Shown: positions 26,237-37,651 of the stretch, one piece after another
Position numbering within the stretch: position 1 is the first letter of the stretch
Layout: each line of letters begins with the position of its first letter
From: an uncultured Thiotrichaceae bacterium
GTDB taxonomy: Bacteria > Pseudomonadota > Gammaproteobacteria > SZUA-229
Reading direction: 5' to 3'
Assembly (NCBI GenBank): GCA_964466455.1
Contig: CAYXNL010000004.1
Coordinates: 1-58,720, forward strand
DNA: 58,720 bases
Translations under genes and position numbers: made by a program
Notes under the pieces: generated by a model
Told to the model about the DNA's origin: nothing
Database searches by the model: none
The model's input: only the letters and a program-made list of their open reading frames with translations

Positions 26237-26237
26237 C

Positions 26238-26672
26238 ATGTATTTAAATACTCTTCAGCCTGCTGCTGGCAGTAAGAAAAATAGCAAGCGAGTTGGACGC
26301 GGAATCGGTTCCGGACAGGGCAAGACCTGTGGACGAGGGCATAAAGGTCAGAAGTCGCGCTCTGGTGGATTTACCAAAGTTGGTTTTGAAGGTGGTCAAA
26401 TGCCATTGCAGCGTCGCCTGCCAAAAGTAGGCTTTACCTCTCGTACTACAAAATTATCTGCAGAGCTCAGGCTACATGAACTGACAAAAGTAGATGTTTC
26501 ACCTGTTGATGTTGACGCATTGATTAAGGCGAACCTGGTTCCTGCCAGTACACAGAAAGTGAAAGTTATTTTATCTGGCAAAATAGACAAAGCAGTGAGC
26601 TTGAAAGGTATTTTGGTAACCCCCGGGGCACGCTCTGCAATTGAATCGGCGGGTGGAAATATTGAGGTGTAA
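26238..26672 (+). CDS. rplO: 50S ribosomal protein L15
   Basis: [20 protein letters not shown]. Confidence 0.99.
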   Translation: MYLNTLQPAAGSKKNSKRVGRGIGSGQGKTCGRGHKGQKSRSGGFTKVGFEGGQMPLQRRLPKVGFTSRTTKLSAELRLHELTKVDVSPVDVDALIKANLVPASTQKVKVILSGKIDKAVSLKGILVTPGARSAIESAGGNIEV

Positions 26673-26716
26673 CCTCGGTATTCAATGACTGATTCTGACA
26701 AATATGATATATAGAT

Positions 26717-28021
26717 ATGGCTAAGGGTAATTTTACAGAACTAAAGCAGCGCTTATTATTTGTACTGGGTGCCCTGGTTGTGTTCAGGATTGGTACATTT
26801 GTGCCGGTACCGGGTGTAGACCCTAGCGTACTGTCTATTTTATTCGACCAGCAGAAAGGGAGTATTCTGGGTGTGTTTAATATGTTTTCCGGTGGTGCAT
26901 TACGTCGTATGTCGATATTTGCGCTCGGGATCATGCCATACATTTCCGCCTCTATTATTATACAGTTGCTTACTGTAACGGTTCCCTCTCTTGAGCAGTT
27001 GCAGAAAGAGGGTGAGAGTGGTCGGCGTAAAATTACCATGTACACTCGTTATTTCACGCTTGTACTTGCAACTTTTCAGTCTATTGGTATTGCTGTTGCA
27101 TTACAGGGGCAATCGGTACAGTCACATTCGTTAGTGATGAATCCGGGGATGAGCTTCGTTTTTACTGCAACGATAACACTGGTTACCGGTACAATGTTTT
27201 TGATGTGGCTGGGAGAACAGGTAACTGAACGCGGTATCGGCAACGGTATTTCTCTTATCATTTTTGCAGGCATTGTTTCAGGCTTGCCAAAAGCCGTTGG
27301 TGGTACGCTTGAACTGGTAAGAACGGGTGAATTGCATACACTGGCTACATTGTTTCTGTTTATTCTGGCTGTTGCGGTAACTGCTTTTGTCGTGTTTATT
27401 GAACGGGGTCAACGCAGAATCACGGTCAATTATGCCAGAAAGCAGATGGGTAGAAAAATGTATCAGGCGCAGAGCAGCCATCTACCGTTGAAATTAAATA
27501 TGGCTGGCGTTATACCACCTATTTTTGCTTCAAGTATTATTCTGTTTCCTGCAACAATGGCAAGCTGGTTTGGTCAATCACAGGGTATGGAATGGTTGCA
27601 GAATATTGCTGGGAAACTGTCTCCTGGACAACCGATTTATATTATTCTATTTGCCGTTGCAATTATATTTTTCTGCTTCTTTTATACTGCATTACAGTTT
27701 AATGCCAGAGATACTGCTGATAATCTGAAGCGTTCAGGTGCTTTTATACCAGGTATCCGACCAGGGGAGCAAACGGCAAAATATATTGATAAGGTAATGA
27801 CACGGCTGACTCTGGTTGGTGCTTTTTATATTACAGCAGTGTGTTTATTGCCTGAGTTTTTAATTTTATACTGGAATGTACCTTTTTACTTTGGTGGTAC
27901 ATCATTATTGATTATTGTTGTGGTAGTAATGGATTTTATGGCGCAGATACAGTCACATCTTATGTCGCACCAATATGAGGGCATAATGAAAAAGGCTAAT
28001 CTAAATGGATATAGAGGCTAA
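26717..28021 (+). CDS. secY: Preprotein translocase subunit SecY
   Basis: [35 protein letters not shown]. Confidence 0.99.
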   Translation: MAKGNFTELKQRLLFVLGALVVFRIGTFVPVPGVDPSVLSILFDQQKGSILGVFNMFSGGALRRMSIFALGIMPYISASIIIQLLTVTVPSLEQLQKEGESGRRKITMYTRYFTLVLATFQSIGIAVALQGQSVQSHSLVMNPGMSFVFTATITLVTGTMFLMWLGEQVTERGIGNGISLIIFAGIVSGLPKAVGGTLELVRTGELHTLATLFLFILAVAVTAFVVFIERGQRRITVNYARKQMGRKMYQAQSSHLPLKLNMAGVIPPIFASSIILFPATMASWFGQSQGMEWLQNIAGKLSPGQPIYIILFAVAIIFFCFFYTALQFNARDTADNLKRSGAFIPGIRPGEQTAKYIDKVMTRLTLVGAFYITAVCLLPEFLILYWNVPFYFGGTSLLIIVVVVMDFMAQIQSHLMSHQYEGIMKKANLNGYRG

Positions 28022-28076
28022 CAGGTCAATTTAGAGTTAAATTGGCTAAACAATTTGAATTAACAGGAACAAGAAA

Positions 28077-28190
28077 ATGAAAGTTCGTGCTTCAGTAAAA
28101 AAAATGTGTAGAAACTGTAAAATTATCAAGCGTCATGGTGTTGTGCGCGTTATCTGTGCAGATCCACGCCATAAACAACGTCAGGGATAA
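28077..28190 (+). CDS. rpmJ: 50S ribosomal protein L36 (Zn-ribbon form); missed by the ORF track
   Basis: Hand translation [37 protein letters not shown], 37 aa, between secY and rpsM. Confidence 0.98.
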   Translation: MKVRASVKKMCRNCKIIKRHGVVRVICADPRHKQRQG

Positions 28191-28214
28191 ATAACACTGC
28201 ATTGACGCAAACAG

Positions 28215-28243
28215 TTGATTAAAAAACTTATTATTTGTAAAAT
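28215..28243 (+). promoter_or_regulatory. Alpha-operon promoter
   Basis: TTGATT-17 bp-TAAAAT followed by CACGCGC, upstream of rpsM. Confidence 0.7.
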
Positions 28244-28275
28244 CACGCGCTTTATTGCGCAGAACGGAAATTAAA

Positions 28276-28632
28276 ATGGCTCGTATTGCAGGTATTAATA
28301 TACCATCAAACAAACACACTGTTATCGGCTTAAGACATATCTATGGTGTAGGACAACCTCGTGCAAAACAGATTTGTGCAGCAACCGATATTGTGGAAGA
28401 AACTAAAATCGGCGAACTGACAGAAGAGCAGCTTGAATCTTTGCGTAATGAAATTGGTAAATATTCAGTAGAAGGCGACTTGCGCCGTGAAGTATCAATG
28501 AGTATCAAACGCCTGATGGATCTGGGTTGTTATCGGGGTATTCGCCATCGTCGTGGTCTGCCACTGCGTGGGCAACGGACAAAAACTAATGCGCGCACAC
28601 GTAAGGGACCGCGTCGACCGATATCGAGATAG
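28276..28632 (+). CDS. rpsM: 30S ribosomal protein S13
   Basis: Start [10 protein letters not shown] at 28276; [22 protein letters not shown]. Confidence 0.99.
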   Translation: MARIAGINIPSNKHTVIGLRHIYGVGQPRAKQICAATDIVEETKIGELTEEQLESLRNEIGKYSVEGDLRREVSMSIKRLMDLGCYRGIRHRRGLPLRGQRTKTNARTRKGPRRPISR

Positions 28633-28739
28633 AATATCCCTCGGAAGAGCAGAATATAGCGTGATAAACGCAAGGACTGCCTTTCCCTGTAAACGTTAGA
28701 AATATTTCATTTAGAAACATTATTATATAGAGTAATTAC

Positions 28740-29123
28740 ATGGCTGGTCCAGAAACAAAGAAAAAGGTTAAACGCGCTGTTGTTGATGGTGTTGCACATA
28801 TTTATGCGACCTTTAACAATACCATTATTACCATAACCGATCGTCAGGGAAATGCGCTGGCATGGGCAACTTCAGGTGGGTCAGGTTTTCGCGGTTCACG
28901 CAAAAGTACTCCTTTTGCCGCACAGGTGGCTGCCGAACGCGCTGGTACCCGTGCGAAGGACTACGGGATGAAGAATATTGAGGTTATGGTGCGTGGACCG
29001 GGGCCGGGACGTGAATCTGCTGTACGCTCATTAAATAATATCGGTTTCAAAATTACCAGCATTACAGATGTTACCCCGATTCCTCATAATGGTTGCCGTC
29101 CACCGAAAAGACGTCGCGTGTAA
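28740..29123 (+). CDS. rpsK: 30S ribosomal protein S11
   Basis: [25 protein letters not shown]. Confidence 0.99.
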   Translation: MAGPETKKKVKRAVVDGVAHIYATFNNTIITITDRQGNALAWATSGGSGFRGSRKSTPFAAQVAAERAGTRAKDYGMKNIEVMVRGPGPGRESAVRSLNNIGFKITSITDVTPIPHNGCRPPKRRRV

Positions 29124-29133
29124 GAGATAAGAT

Positions 29134-29754
29134 ATGGCTAAATATACAGGACCAAAATGTAAACTAAGTCGACGTGAAGGCGTTGATCTTGAATTAAAAT
29201 CCTCACTACGCTCTCTGGAAAGTAAGTGTAAGCTGGATCAGGTGCCCGGACAACACGGCGCCAGGCGTACGCGTTTATCTGATTACGCCCTGCAGTTGCG
29301 TGAAAAGCAGAAAGTACGTCGTATTTATGGTGTGCTTGAAAAACAGTTCCGCAACTATTACAAAGAGGCTGCCCGGATAAAAGGTTCAACGGGTGAAAAT
29401 TTGCTCCAGTTACTTGAGCGTCGTCTCGACAATGTTGTATATCGGGCTGGTTTTGGTTCAACACGTGCCGAAGCAAGACAGATTGTTAACCACAAATGTG
29501 TTCTGGTTAATAATTGCGTGGTGAATATTCCTTCGTATAAGGTTAAGGAAAATGATGTCATTTCGATTCGCGAAAAAGCTAAAAAACAGACACGCATAGC
29601 CGATTCGATCAATATGGCAAAACAAAAAGGTATTGTGGACTGGATTAGTCTGGATGATAGCAAACTGGAAGCTGTCTATAAAAATGTCCCGGAGCGTGCA
29701 GATTTGCCGGCTGATATTAACGAACAGCTTATCGTTGAACTTTATTCCAAATAG
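29134..29754 (+). CDS. rpsD: 30S ribosomal protein S4
   Basis: [18 protein letters not shown]. Confidence 0.99.
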   Translation: MAKYTGPKCKLSRREGVDLELKSSLRSLESKCKLDQVPGQHGARRTRLSDYALQLREKQKVRRIYGVLEKQFRNYYKEAARIKGSTGENLLQLLERRLDNVVYRAGFGSTRAEARQIVNHKCVLVNNCVVNIPSYKVKENDVISIREKAKKQTRIADSINMAKQKGIVDWISLDDSKLEAVYKNVPERADLPADINEQLIVELYSK

Positions 29755-29769
29755 GGGAGTTATACCAGT

Positions 29770-30762
29770 ATGTCAGGCAGTGATGAACTTCTTACACCAC
29801 GTACAATTAATGTACAATCTTTTAGTGAAACCCATGCAAAAGTCGCACTGGAACCGCTAGAGCGTGGCTTTGGCCATACTCTGGGTAATGCGCTGCGCCG
29901 TATTCTGCTTTCTTCTATTGAAGGTAGTGCCATTGTTGAGGTACAGATTGAGGGCGTTGTACATGAATACAGTACACTTGAAGGCGTACAGGAAGACGTG
30001 CTTGAAATTCTGTTGAATCTGAAAGGTGTTGCTCTGGTTATGCATAGTAATGATGAGCAGACCATTACTCTGTCCAGGCAGGGAGCGGGTATAGTGACTG
30101 CGGGTAACATTGATACCGGGCACGATATTGAAATCGCCAATCCCGACCATGTCATTGCGAATCTGAATGCTGATGGTAAACTTGATATCACCATGAAGAT
30201 AAAAAAAGGCCGTGGCTATCAACCTTCCAATACGCGTAATATTGATGCGGAATCTTCGCCGGTTGGAACCTTGCAACTGGATGCTTCATTCAGCCCGATA
30301 CGCCGTGTATTCTACAATGTAGAAAACGCGCGTGTTGCACAAAGTACGAATCTGGATAAATTAATCATTGATCTTCAGACCAATGGAACGGTAGATCCGG
30401 AAGAGGCGATCCGAACCGCAGCGACGATACTACAGGCACAACTGTCCTCATTCGTTAATCTACAAAGTATGGAAGATGAGGTAACAGAAGACGAAGAAGC
30501 TGATATTGATCCAATTCTGCTGCGCCCGGTCGATGAGCTTGAACTTACCGTTCGTTCGGCAAACTGTCTTAAAGCGGAAAATGTTTACTATATTGGTGAT
30601 TTGATCCAGCGTACCGAAGTTGAATTATTACGCACACCGAATCTGGGTAAAAAGTCCTTAACAGAAATTAAGGATGTACTGGCCTCACATGGACTGTCAC
30701 TGGGTATTCAGTTAGATAACTGGCCACCAGCATCAATCCGTGAGAAAGAAGAAGCAAGTTAA
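29770..30762 (+). CDS. rpoA: RNA polymerase alpha subunit
   Basis: [32 protein letters not shown]. Confidence 0.99.
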   Translation: MSGSDELLTPRTINVQSFSETHAKVALEPLERGFGHTLGNALRRILLSSIEGSAIVEVQIEGVVHEYSTLEGVQEDVLEILLNLKGVALVMHSNDEQTITLSRQGAGIVTAGNIDTGHDIEIANPDHVIANLNADGKLDITMKIKKGRGYQPSNTRNIDAESSPVGTLQLDASFSPIRRVFYNVENARVAQSTNLDKLIIDLQTNGTVDPEEAIRTAATILQAQLSSFVNLQSMEDEVTEDEEADIDPILLRPVDELELTVRSANCLKAENVYYIGDLIQRTEVELLRTPNLGKKSLTEIKDVLASHGLSLGIQLDNWPPASIREKEEAS

Positions 30763-30851
30763 ACAATTAAGTTAATGGGTTCCTGCCAGGTTTTTATTTA
30801 TTGCAGGAACGTTATTTTAGCAAGAGATTTTTAGAGTAAAGGTTAAACAAA

Positions 30852-31229
30852 ATGCGTCATCATAAATCAGGTCGTCGCTTAAATCGTAATAGTAGTCATC
30901 GCAAAGCGATGTTCAGTAATATGGCAAACTCACTATTCGACCATGAAATTATCAGGACAACCCTGCCAAAAGCGAAAGAGTTACGTCGGGTAGCCGAACC
31001 ATTAATTACTCTGGCAAAAAAAGATAGTGTAGCAAATCGTCGCCAGGCTTTTGCGCGTCTGCGTGATAAGGCTATCATTGGTAAGCTGTTTAACGAACTT
31101 GCGCTACGTTACCAGCAACGTCCAGGTGGCTATACACGTATTATGAAATGTGGCTTTCGTAGTGGTGATGCGGCACCGATGGCTTATATTGAACTGGTTG
31201 ATCGCCCGGTTGAAGCTGAAGAAGAGTAA
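30852..31229 (+). CDS. rplQ: 50S ribosomal protein L17
   Basis: [18 protein letters not shown]. Confidence 0.99.
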   Translation: MRHHKSGRRLNRNSSHRKAMFSNMANSLFDHEIIRTTLPKAKELRRVAEPLITLAKKDSVANRRQAFARLRDKAIIGKLFNELALRYQQRPGGYTRIMKCGFRSGDAAPMAYIELVDRPVEAEEE

Positions 31230-31260
31230 GCTAAATACTGTCCTGATGTTTCAGCTCAAT

Positions 31261-31291
31261 AAAAAAGCCAGCAGTTAGCTGGTTTTTTTTT
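31261..31291. terminator. Intrinsic terminator ending the alpha operon (possibly bidirectional)
   Basis: AAAAAAGCCAGC-AGTTA-GCTGGTTTTTTTTT. Confidence 0.9.
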
Positions 31292-31383
31292 GCCCGTGAA
31301 TTACGGCGATGTCAGTACAGAAGTGTCGATAAAGATTTATTGATATGTGCTAAGGTTTATTTATTGAAATAACAGTTTTCCTG

Positions 31384-31965
31384 ATGAGTATTGTCCAGCT
31401 TTTCAAGGCACGAGTAAAACCCGCTGACCGGTTTGAGAAACTGCTATCACCTTATATAGATGGTCTGTATCATTTCGCCTGCCGCCTTTGCCAGTCAACA
31501 GATGATGCCGAAGATCTGCTGCAGCAACTTCTCACGCGACTTTTTCAGAAACTTGCTGAGCTAGAGCAGGTGGAGTCTCTGCGCCCCTGGTTATTCCGTT
31601 CACTTTACAATCTGTATGTAGATAGCTACCGTAAGCAACGGCGTATGTCGGCGGTAATAAGCGCAGAGGATATCCCGCAAGATGAGGTAACAAAGGAAAA
31701 AGATCCGTATGAAGAAGCTGAGTTAAGCCAGAACCAGACAATTATACTTGCCGCAGTGGATCAATTGAATAGTGAGCAGCGTCTGGTATTATTATTGCAC
31801 GACGCAGAGGGCTATACCTTAACTGAGCTGGCAGATATTCTTCAAACCCCATTGGGCACCCTGAAATCACGGTTACACCGGGCGCGTAACCGGGTAAAAG
31901 AGCTGACAGAAATGGAACTTTCTGGTAACGGGACACGTGTATATAGTAAAGAGGAATTGAAATGA
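31384..31965 (+). CDS. ECF-family sigma factor
   Basis: Region 2 (DAEDLLQ...WLFRSLYNLYVDSYRK) and region 4 (LLLHDAEGYTLTELADILQTPLGTLKSRLHRAR); 193 aa. Confidence 0.93.
   Translation: MSIVQLFKARVKPADRFEKLLSPYIDGLYHFACRLCQSTDDAEDLLQQLLTRLFQKLAELEQVESLRPWLFRSLYNLYVDSYRKQRRMSAVISAEDIPQDEVTKEKDPYEEAELSQNQTIILAAVDQLNSEQRLVLLLHDAEGYTLTELADILQTPLGTLKSRLHRARNRVKELTEMELSGNGTRVYSKEELK
31914..31941 (+). promoter_or_regulatory. Candidate ECF-type promoter inside the 3' end of the sigma gene
   Basis: GGAACT-16 bp-CGTGTA, about 20 bp upstream of the anti-sigma start. Confidence 0.55.
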
Positions 31966-32642
31966 TGCAGTGTAAACAGGTACAGTTACTGTTAAATGAT
32001 TATATTGACCGTGACCTTTCTGTACTCCAGACAAAAGGGGTGGTGGAGCACTGTGCCACCTGCCAGAACTGTGCAAAAGACCTTGCTTTGTTACAACAGC
32101 AACAACAGGCTTTAACTTCCCTGCCTGTTTCTTCACTGTCAGAATATACAAAAAAACGTCTATTCAGGCAGGCAACGGCAGATGATTGTGCTGTACACGG
32201 CTATCTACCAGTAAAATTATCATATCGTTTTGCTGCTGTGGCCATGCTTGCTGTGGTGGTTTTATTGCTGAGTTTTATCTACTACCCTGGTAATGGTAAC
32301 AATGTCCGGTCAATGCACCTGATAACGGTAGATAATGGCGTACATACGGTTAAAGTTGCCATTGACTCTAAGGAAAACCTGGACGGTGTTTCATTTCGGG
32401 TTGATTTATCGGATAACCTGCAACTTGCTGGTTTTGGTAACAAAAAACAAATACAGTGGATGGGTGGTTTGCATAAGGGAGTTAATATTATTTCTCTGCC
32501 GATTATAGGTATTGCTCAGGGAAATGGTGAAATTACGACACGAATTTTCTTACATGGTAACGAGAAAATTATGCGGATCAATACCCGCTACAGGCAGGTG
32601 GATGGCATGGTGTATGACAATGATAATATCCGGCAGAGCTAA
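31962..32642 (+). CDS. Zinc-binding anti-sigma factor (zf-HC2/ZAS), single TM, periplasmic beta-rich domain
   Basis: HxxxCxxC (HCATCQNC), TM FAAVAMLAVVVLLLSFIYY, ATGA overlap with the sigma gene. Confidence 0.88.
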   Translation: MMQCKQVQLLLNDYIDRDLSVLQTKGVVEHCATCQNCAKDLALLQQQQQALTSLPVSSLSEYTKKRLFRQATADDCAVHGYLPVKLSYRFAAVAMLAVVVLLLSFIYYPGNGNNVRSMHLITVDNGVHTVKVAIDSKENLDGVSFRVDLSDNLQLAGFGNKKQIQWMGGLHKGVNIISLPIIGIAQGNGEITTRIFLHGNEKIMRINTRYRQVDGMVYDNDNIRQS

Positions 32643-32662
32643 GAATCTGATGATTAAATAGT

Positions 32663-33232
32663 GTGATGACAACCTTATTAAAAAGATTAGCTATATTAGC
32701 AGTAGGAGCACTGTGGGCTGTCATGCCACAAGTTCTGCTGGCTGCACCAGATAATCTGGATGAAATAACCATTCATATGATTGATAATAATGAACCGGTA
32801 CTTGGTGCCCATAATATTGCCTTGCCTGTCCACGGTGATATATCAACTAAGAAAATGGTCGGTCATAACTCTGCAGATGGAAGCAGGAATGAAAACCACA
32901 CTCATCAGGAAATGGGAAATATAGCAAATGAGAACCACAGTGAATTAGAACAGGGGGATGGTAATGCTAATAATATGGAACCGGAAGGTGGAGGTAATGC
33001 AGCCATGCCACCAGAACAACCTGATGAGATAAATCAGTCAACGCTCCCTGAACAGCCTGCACAACCCGAGGAACCAGCCCAGCCAGAGCAACCAGCACAA
33101 CCCGAATCGCCTGAGCAACCAGTCCAGCCCGTACAACCAGAACAACCGGCTCAGATGGAACCCCCTGTGCAACCTGAATCTCCGGGCGAGAATGGGTTTC
33201 CAGATGGCGCTCAGCCCCGTTATCAGGACTAA
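32663..33232 (+). CDS. Secreted acidic low-complexity protein with PEQPAQ repeats
   Basis: Sec-type signal (KR + hydrophobic core + LLA-A), short LDEITIHMID segment, NENH x2, Pro/Glu/Gln repeats. Confidence 0.75.
   Translation: MMTTLLKRLAILAVGALWAVMPQVLLAAPDNLDEITIHMIDNNEPVLGAHNIALPVHGDISTKKMVGHNSADGSRNENHTHQEMGNIANENHSELEQGDGNANNMEPEGGGNAAMPPEQPDEINQSTLPEQPAQPEEPAQPEQPAQPESPEQPVQPVQPEQPAQMEPPVQPESPGENGFPDGAQPRYQD
33047..33184 (+). repeat. Degenerate 18/9-bp coding repeat (PEQPAQ/PES units)
   Basis: cctgaacagcctgcacaa, cccgaggaaccagcccag, ccagagcaaccagcacaa, cctgagcaaccagtccag, ccagaacaaccggctcag. Confidence 0.85.
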
Positions 33233-33316
33233 CGGTTTTATTTATCGTTATACATGCGTATCTGCTGTCTCTGCCCAACTATTGTAGAACTTTGGACTGT
33301 GTCATAATAATCATCT

Positions 33317-34675
33317 ATGGAAGGCATCTTTAGTAAATATTTCCTCTCTGGCTTCATCTTTGCCGTGCTGATATTTCAGGCGCTATCCGTTCAGGCGGGA
33401 TCGGCACAACGGCACAAGGCAGATGTTTCACGTCATTATAGCCGCGCAGGGATGCAATATTTTAATCAAGGTCAGTATCTGAAAGCCCGGTCCTCTTTTG
33501 AACAGGCTTTATCCATCTTATCGCCCGCAGATAAAAGTCGGCTGGCAATTTATTATAATCTTGGTTCTGTCTGTTATAAATTAAAGGAATATAAGCAAAG
33601 CAGAATCTATTTTAATAAATTGGTGGGGGATAAAAGGCTAGGCGCGGTTGCCTACTATAATCTTGCTCTAATTGAAAACCGCCTGGATAATAAACCGGCA
33701 GCAATTGCTTATTTACAAAAAAGTAGAGGAAGTACAACGGATCGGCGGCTTATCGCTCTGGCTAACAGGCAATTGCATCAGCTGGATAATAAAAGTGATA
33801 TCGGTCAGTCTCGTTACCGGCACACCCGAGCAGTAAAAAAAGACTGGCGTGCCTACTTTTATCTAAGCCCGGGTTATGACTCCAATATTAATTTTGCCCC
33901 GCTTGATGTCGGGTCGGGGCGTTCCGGTCGTTTTATACAGGGGATAGGCCTGTTTGACAAAAAAATTGCAGGCAAAGGGAATGGTTATAAAACACCCGTA
34001 TTATTATTTACCTCGTCAATTTTTTTATCCAATTACATTGCTACCGATTTTAATGATTACAATTTATTTGATATTGGTCTGCGCTATAAATTACCATTGA
34101 ATCAATGGCATAATGTACTGAATATTAATATTAAACAGTCAACTTACGGGCACGGAAAATATCAGCGTAACTATAGCGTTACAGTCTATAGCAGACGTTA
34201 TTTTTCGAAGGGGAAGATGTTACGACTACGCTACCGTTATGATCGGATTAACAGTCTGGATTCTATTTATGATTATCTGCAGGGTTATCGTCAGCGTCTG
34301 GGCGCTGCCTATCAGATAAAATGGTCGCATGATTACCTGTTTTTATGGTATGGGCTGGAATTTAATCAGCGTAGAAATACACTCAGACGAAATTATTCGC
34401 CAACACGAAACAGTTTTCGATTACGTTATGAAAGGAAGCTGAACCCGTTACATAAAATTTATATTGAAACAGAATACCAGCGTAGTAATTATGTACCAAC
34501 GGCTGTTCAGGATCGACAGGATAATCGATCCATGTATTCGCTGGCCTATATCTATGACTTTGCACGTAGCTGGCAATTTAAAGCTCAGTGGCGCTTTTCG
34601 AACAACCGTTCCACCGATTCACTTTTTAGTTATAAACGGCACGTTGGTTTGCTGACGCTGAGAAAATCTTTTTAG
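33317..34675 (+). CDS. TPR-containing outer-membrane beta-barrel protein (Slam/DUF560-like architecture)
   Basis: Signal peptide ending VQA; three TPR-like repeats (YYNLG/YYNLA); Tyr/Arg-rich alternating strands; C-terminal Phe (LRKSF). Confidence 0.75.
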   Translation: MEGIFSKYFLSGFIFAVLIFQALSVQAGSAQRHKADVSRHYSRAGMQYFNQGQYLKARSSFEQALSILSPADKSRLAIYYNLGSVCYKLKEYKQSRIYFNKLVGDKRLGAVAYYNLALIENRLDNKPAAIAYLQKSRGSTTDRRLIALANRQLHQLDNKSDIGQSRYRHTRAVKKDWRAYFYLSPGYDSNINFAPLDVGSGRSGRFIQGIGLFDKKIAGKGNGYKTPVLLFTSSIFLSNYIATDFNDYNLFDIGLRYKLPLNQWHNVLNINIKQSTYGHGKYQRNYSVTVYSRRYFSKGKMLRLRYRYDRINSLDSIYDYLQGYRQRLGAAYQIKWSHDYLFLWYGLEFNQRRNTLRRNYSPTRNSFRLRYERKLNPLHKIYIETEYQRSNYVPTAVQDRQDNRSMYSLAYIYDFARSWQFKAQWRFSNNRSTDSLFSYKRHVGLLTLRKSF

Positions 34676-34709
34676 CCGAGACTTGAACAGAAAAGATCTC
34701 TAACCGGCA

Positions 34710-37541
34710 TTACCCTAAAATTCGTTTTAAATACTGACCGGTGTATGAGCTTTCAACCCGTGCTACCGTCTCAGGTGTGCCACAGGCAATGATCTGCCCA
34801 CCTTTATAACCACCTTCGGGGCCCAGATCAATAATCCAGTCAGCCATTTTTATCATATCAAGATTGTGTTCAATGACAATGATGGTGTTGCCGTGGTTGC
34901 GCAGGCGGATCAGTACATCGAGTAATTGCTGCACATCATAAAAATGCAGGCCGGTGGTTGGTTCATCCAGAATATAAACAGTACGGCCGGTATCACGTTT
35001 GGACAGTTCTTTGGAAAGTTTTATCCGTTGGGCTTCCCCTCCTGACAGGGTGGTTGCGCGTTGTCCCAGAGTGATGTAACCCAGACCAACATCAATCAGG
35101 GTCTGTAATTTGCGATTAATAACGGGAATCGCATCAAAAAACAGTAAGGCATCTTCAATGGTCATTTCCAGTATCTGGTGAATATTCAGTCCCTTGTATT
35201 TAACCTCCAGTGTTTCACGATTATAGCGTTTGCTGTGACAGACATCACAGGCAACGTATACATCTGGCAGAAAGTGCATTTCTACTTTAATCACGCCATC
35301 ACCCTGACAGGCTTCACAGCGACCGCCTTTTACATTAAAACTGAAACGTCCCGGTTTGTATCCGCGTGAGCGGGCTTCCTGGGTAGCGGAGAATAATTCG
35401 CGTATTGGTGTAAACAGACCGGTGTAGGTGGCGGGGTTGGAACGGGGAGTGCGCCCGATTGGAGACTGGTCGATATCAACCACCTTATCGAAATGTTCAA
35501 TACCATGACAGGCTGTGTGGGCGGCGGCAGTCATCGAGTTATTATTAATTTCCCGTGCAAGAATGGGGTACAGAGTGTCGTTAATCAGGGTTGATTTACC
35601 TGAACCGGAAACCCCAGTAACGCAGGTAAACAGCCCCACCGGTATCTCTATATCCACATGCTGTAGATTATTGCCGCTAGCACCTTCAATACGGAAGACC
35701 TCACCACTATGAGGGGTTCGCTGGCGAGGTATTTTTATCTGCTTTGTACCACTTAAATACTGGCCGGTTAATGAATTTTTATTTTTTTTGATTTCATCAG
35801 GCGTACCGGCAGCAATAATTTTACCCCCGTGTACCCCGGCACCGGGGCCGATATCAATCACATGATCTGCACTTAAAATGGCATCTTCATCATGTTCAAC
35901 CACGATTACGGTATTACCAATATCGCGCAGGTGGTTCAGTGTCTGGATCAAACGGTCGTTATCACGCTGATGCAGGCCTATCGATGGTTCATCAAGAATA
36001 TACATGACACCAACCAGACCGGCCCCGATTTGACTAGCCAGACGGATACGCTGTGATTCTCCACCGGACAGGGTGTCTGAACTTCGATCCAGAGTCAGAT
36101 AATCGAGTCCAACATTAACCAGAAAATTTAGCCGGGTGGAAATTTCCCGGTTAATCTTTTCTGCAATTTCTCCTCGATTACCCTGTAGATTTAACTGGCT
36201 AAAAAAATCAAAAGCCTGTTCAATGGGCATAGCGGTAATTTCTGCCAGTGTTTTATCCTTAACAAAGACATGTCTGGCAGCCTGATTTAAACGAGTGCCA
36301 TGACATTCGGGGCAGGGTTGTACCGACATATACTTCGCCAGTTCATCACGTACCAGATTTGATTCGGTTTCACGATAGCGCCGTTCCATCGTGTGCAGAA
36401 TCCCTTCAAAGGGGTGGCTGCGTTTTTTGCTGCGGCGACCACGGTGACCGGGGATAAAAAATTCAATTTTTTCTTTGCCACTGCCATATAACAATATAGT
36501 GCGTATCTTTTCAGCTAGATCCCGGTAGGATTTTTCAATATCAAAATTATAATGTTTCGCCAGCGATTGAATAATACTGAAATAATAAGCATTGCGGCGG
36601 TCCCAGCCGCGTATTGCCCCGCCAGCCAGGCTAAGGTGGCTATTACTGACAACTCGCTCGGGATCAAAAAAATGGTTGTGACCGAGGCCCTCACATGCCG
36701 GGCAGGCACCGGCAGGGTTATTAAATGAAAATAGACGCGGTTCGAGTTCCTGCAGGTTGTATCCACATAACGGGCAGGCAAATTTTGCCGAAAAGACAAT
36801 ATCATTCTGTGCGGTTTTCTCTTCCTTGTCCATCCACGCAATGGTGGCAATATCGCTGGATAGTTTGAGCGCTGTTTCAAATGACTCAGCCAGACGGGTC
36901 TGGATATCGGGGCGTACCTTAAAACGATCGACCACAACTTCAATCGTATGCTTCTTTTTCGCGTCCAGTTCAGGGGTCGCTTCCAGCTCGTATACCCTGC
37001 CATCTACGCGTACTCGTAGAAACCCCTGCTGTTTGAATTCATTAAACAGATTCAGATGTTCACCTTTGCGCTCACGTACTACCGGGGCCAGTAGCATCAG
37101 CTTGCTGCCATCAGGTAATGATAATACCTGATCAACCATCTGACTGATGGTCTGTACCTGTAATTCGGTATTGTGTTCGGGGCAACGCGGTGTGCCGGCG
37201 CGGGCATAGAGCAGGCGCAGGTAATCATAAATTTCAGTAACCGTGCCCACGGTTGAACGCGGGTTATGCGAGGTCGTCTTCTGTTCAATGGAGATAGCAG
37301 GAGAGAGCCCTTCAATGGTGTCAACATCCGGTTTTTCCATCATGGAAAGAAACTGACGAGCATAGGTGGATAATGATTGTACATAGCGACGCTGGCCTTC
37401 AGCAAAAATGGTATCAAAAGCCAGTGATGATTTTCCTGAACCGGAAAGACCGGTGATGACAATTAGTTTGTCACGCGGAATATCCAGGTTAATATTTTGT
37501 AAATTATGGGTGCGGGCACCACGAATTTGAATTGTATCCAT
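34710..37541 (-). CDS. uvrA: Excinuclease ABC subunit A
   Basis: GLSGSGKSS and GVSGSGKST Walker A motifs, [16 protein letters not shown], Zn fingers. Confidence 0.99.
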   Translation of the reverse strand: MDTIQIRGARTHNLQNINLDIPRDKLIVITGLSGSGKSSLAFDTIFAEGQRRYVQSLSTYARQFLSMMEKPDVDTIEGLSPAISIEQKTTSHNPRSTVGTVTEIYDYLRLLYARAGTPRCPEHNTELQVQTISQMVDQVLSLPDGSKLMLLAPVVRERKGEHLNLFNEFKQQGFLRVRVDGRVYELEATPELDAKKKHTIEVVVDRFKVRPDIQTRLAESFETALKLSSDIATIAWMDKEEKTAQNDIVFSAKFACPLCGYNLQELEPRLFSFNNPAGACPACEGLGHNHFFDPERVVSNSHLSLAGGAIRGWDRRNAYYFSIIQSLAKHYNFDIEKSYRDLAEKIRTILLYGSGKEKIEFFIPGHRGRRSKKRSHPFEGILHTMERRYRETESNLVRDELAKYMSVQPCPECHGTRLNQAARHVFVKDKTLAEITAMPIEQAFDFFSQLNLQGNRGEIAEKINREISTRLNFLVNVGLDYLTLDRSSDTLSGGESQRIRLASQIGAGLVGVMYILDEPSIGLHQRDNDRLIQTLNHLRDIGNTVIVVEHDEDAILSADHVIDIGPGAGVHGGKIIAAGTPDEIKKNKNSLTGQYLSGTKQIKIPRQRTPHSGEVFRIEGASGNNLQHVDIEIPVGLFTCVTGVSGSGKSTLINDTLYPILAREINNNSMTAAAHTACHGIEHFDKVVDIDQSPIGRTPRSNPATYTGLFTPIRELFSATQEARSRGYKPGRFSFNVKGGRCEACQGDGVIKVEMHFLPDVYVACDVCHSKRYNRETLEVKYKGLNIHQILEMTIEDALLFFDAIPVINRKLQTLIDVGLGYITLGQRATTLSGGEAQRIKLSKELSKRDTGRTVYILDEPTTGLHFYDVQQLLDVLIRLRNHGNTIIVIEHNLDMIKMADWIIDLGPEGGYKGGQIIACGTPETVARVESSYTGQYLKRILG

Positions 37542-37651
37542 AACGTCATACAGCGAAAACTACAGTTAATCTGCTAGAATGCCTGTTTTTAGTTTTATCG
37601 GCAATAGTCCCGATAGCCTATTCCTTTTATTTTGCTCAAAGAATATAAATA

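Noticed and set aside
37542-37651. LexA box expected between uvrA and the MFS-ssb genes
   Set aside because: No CTGT-N8-ACAG match was found by eye.
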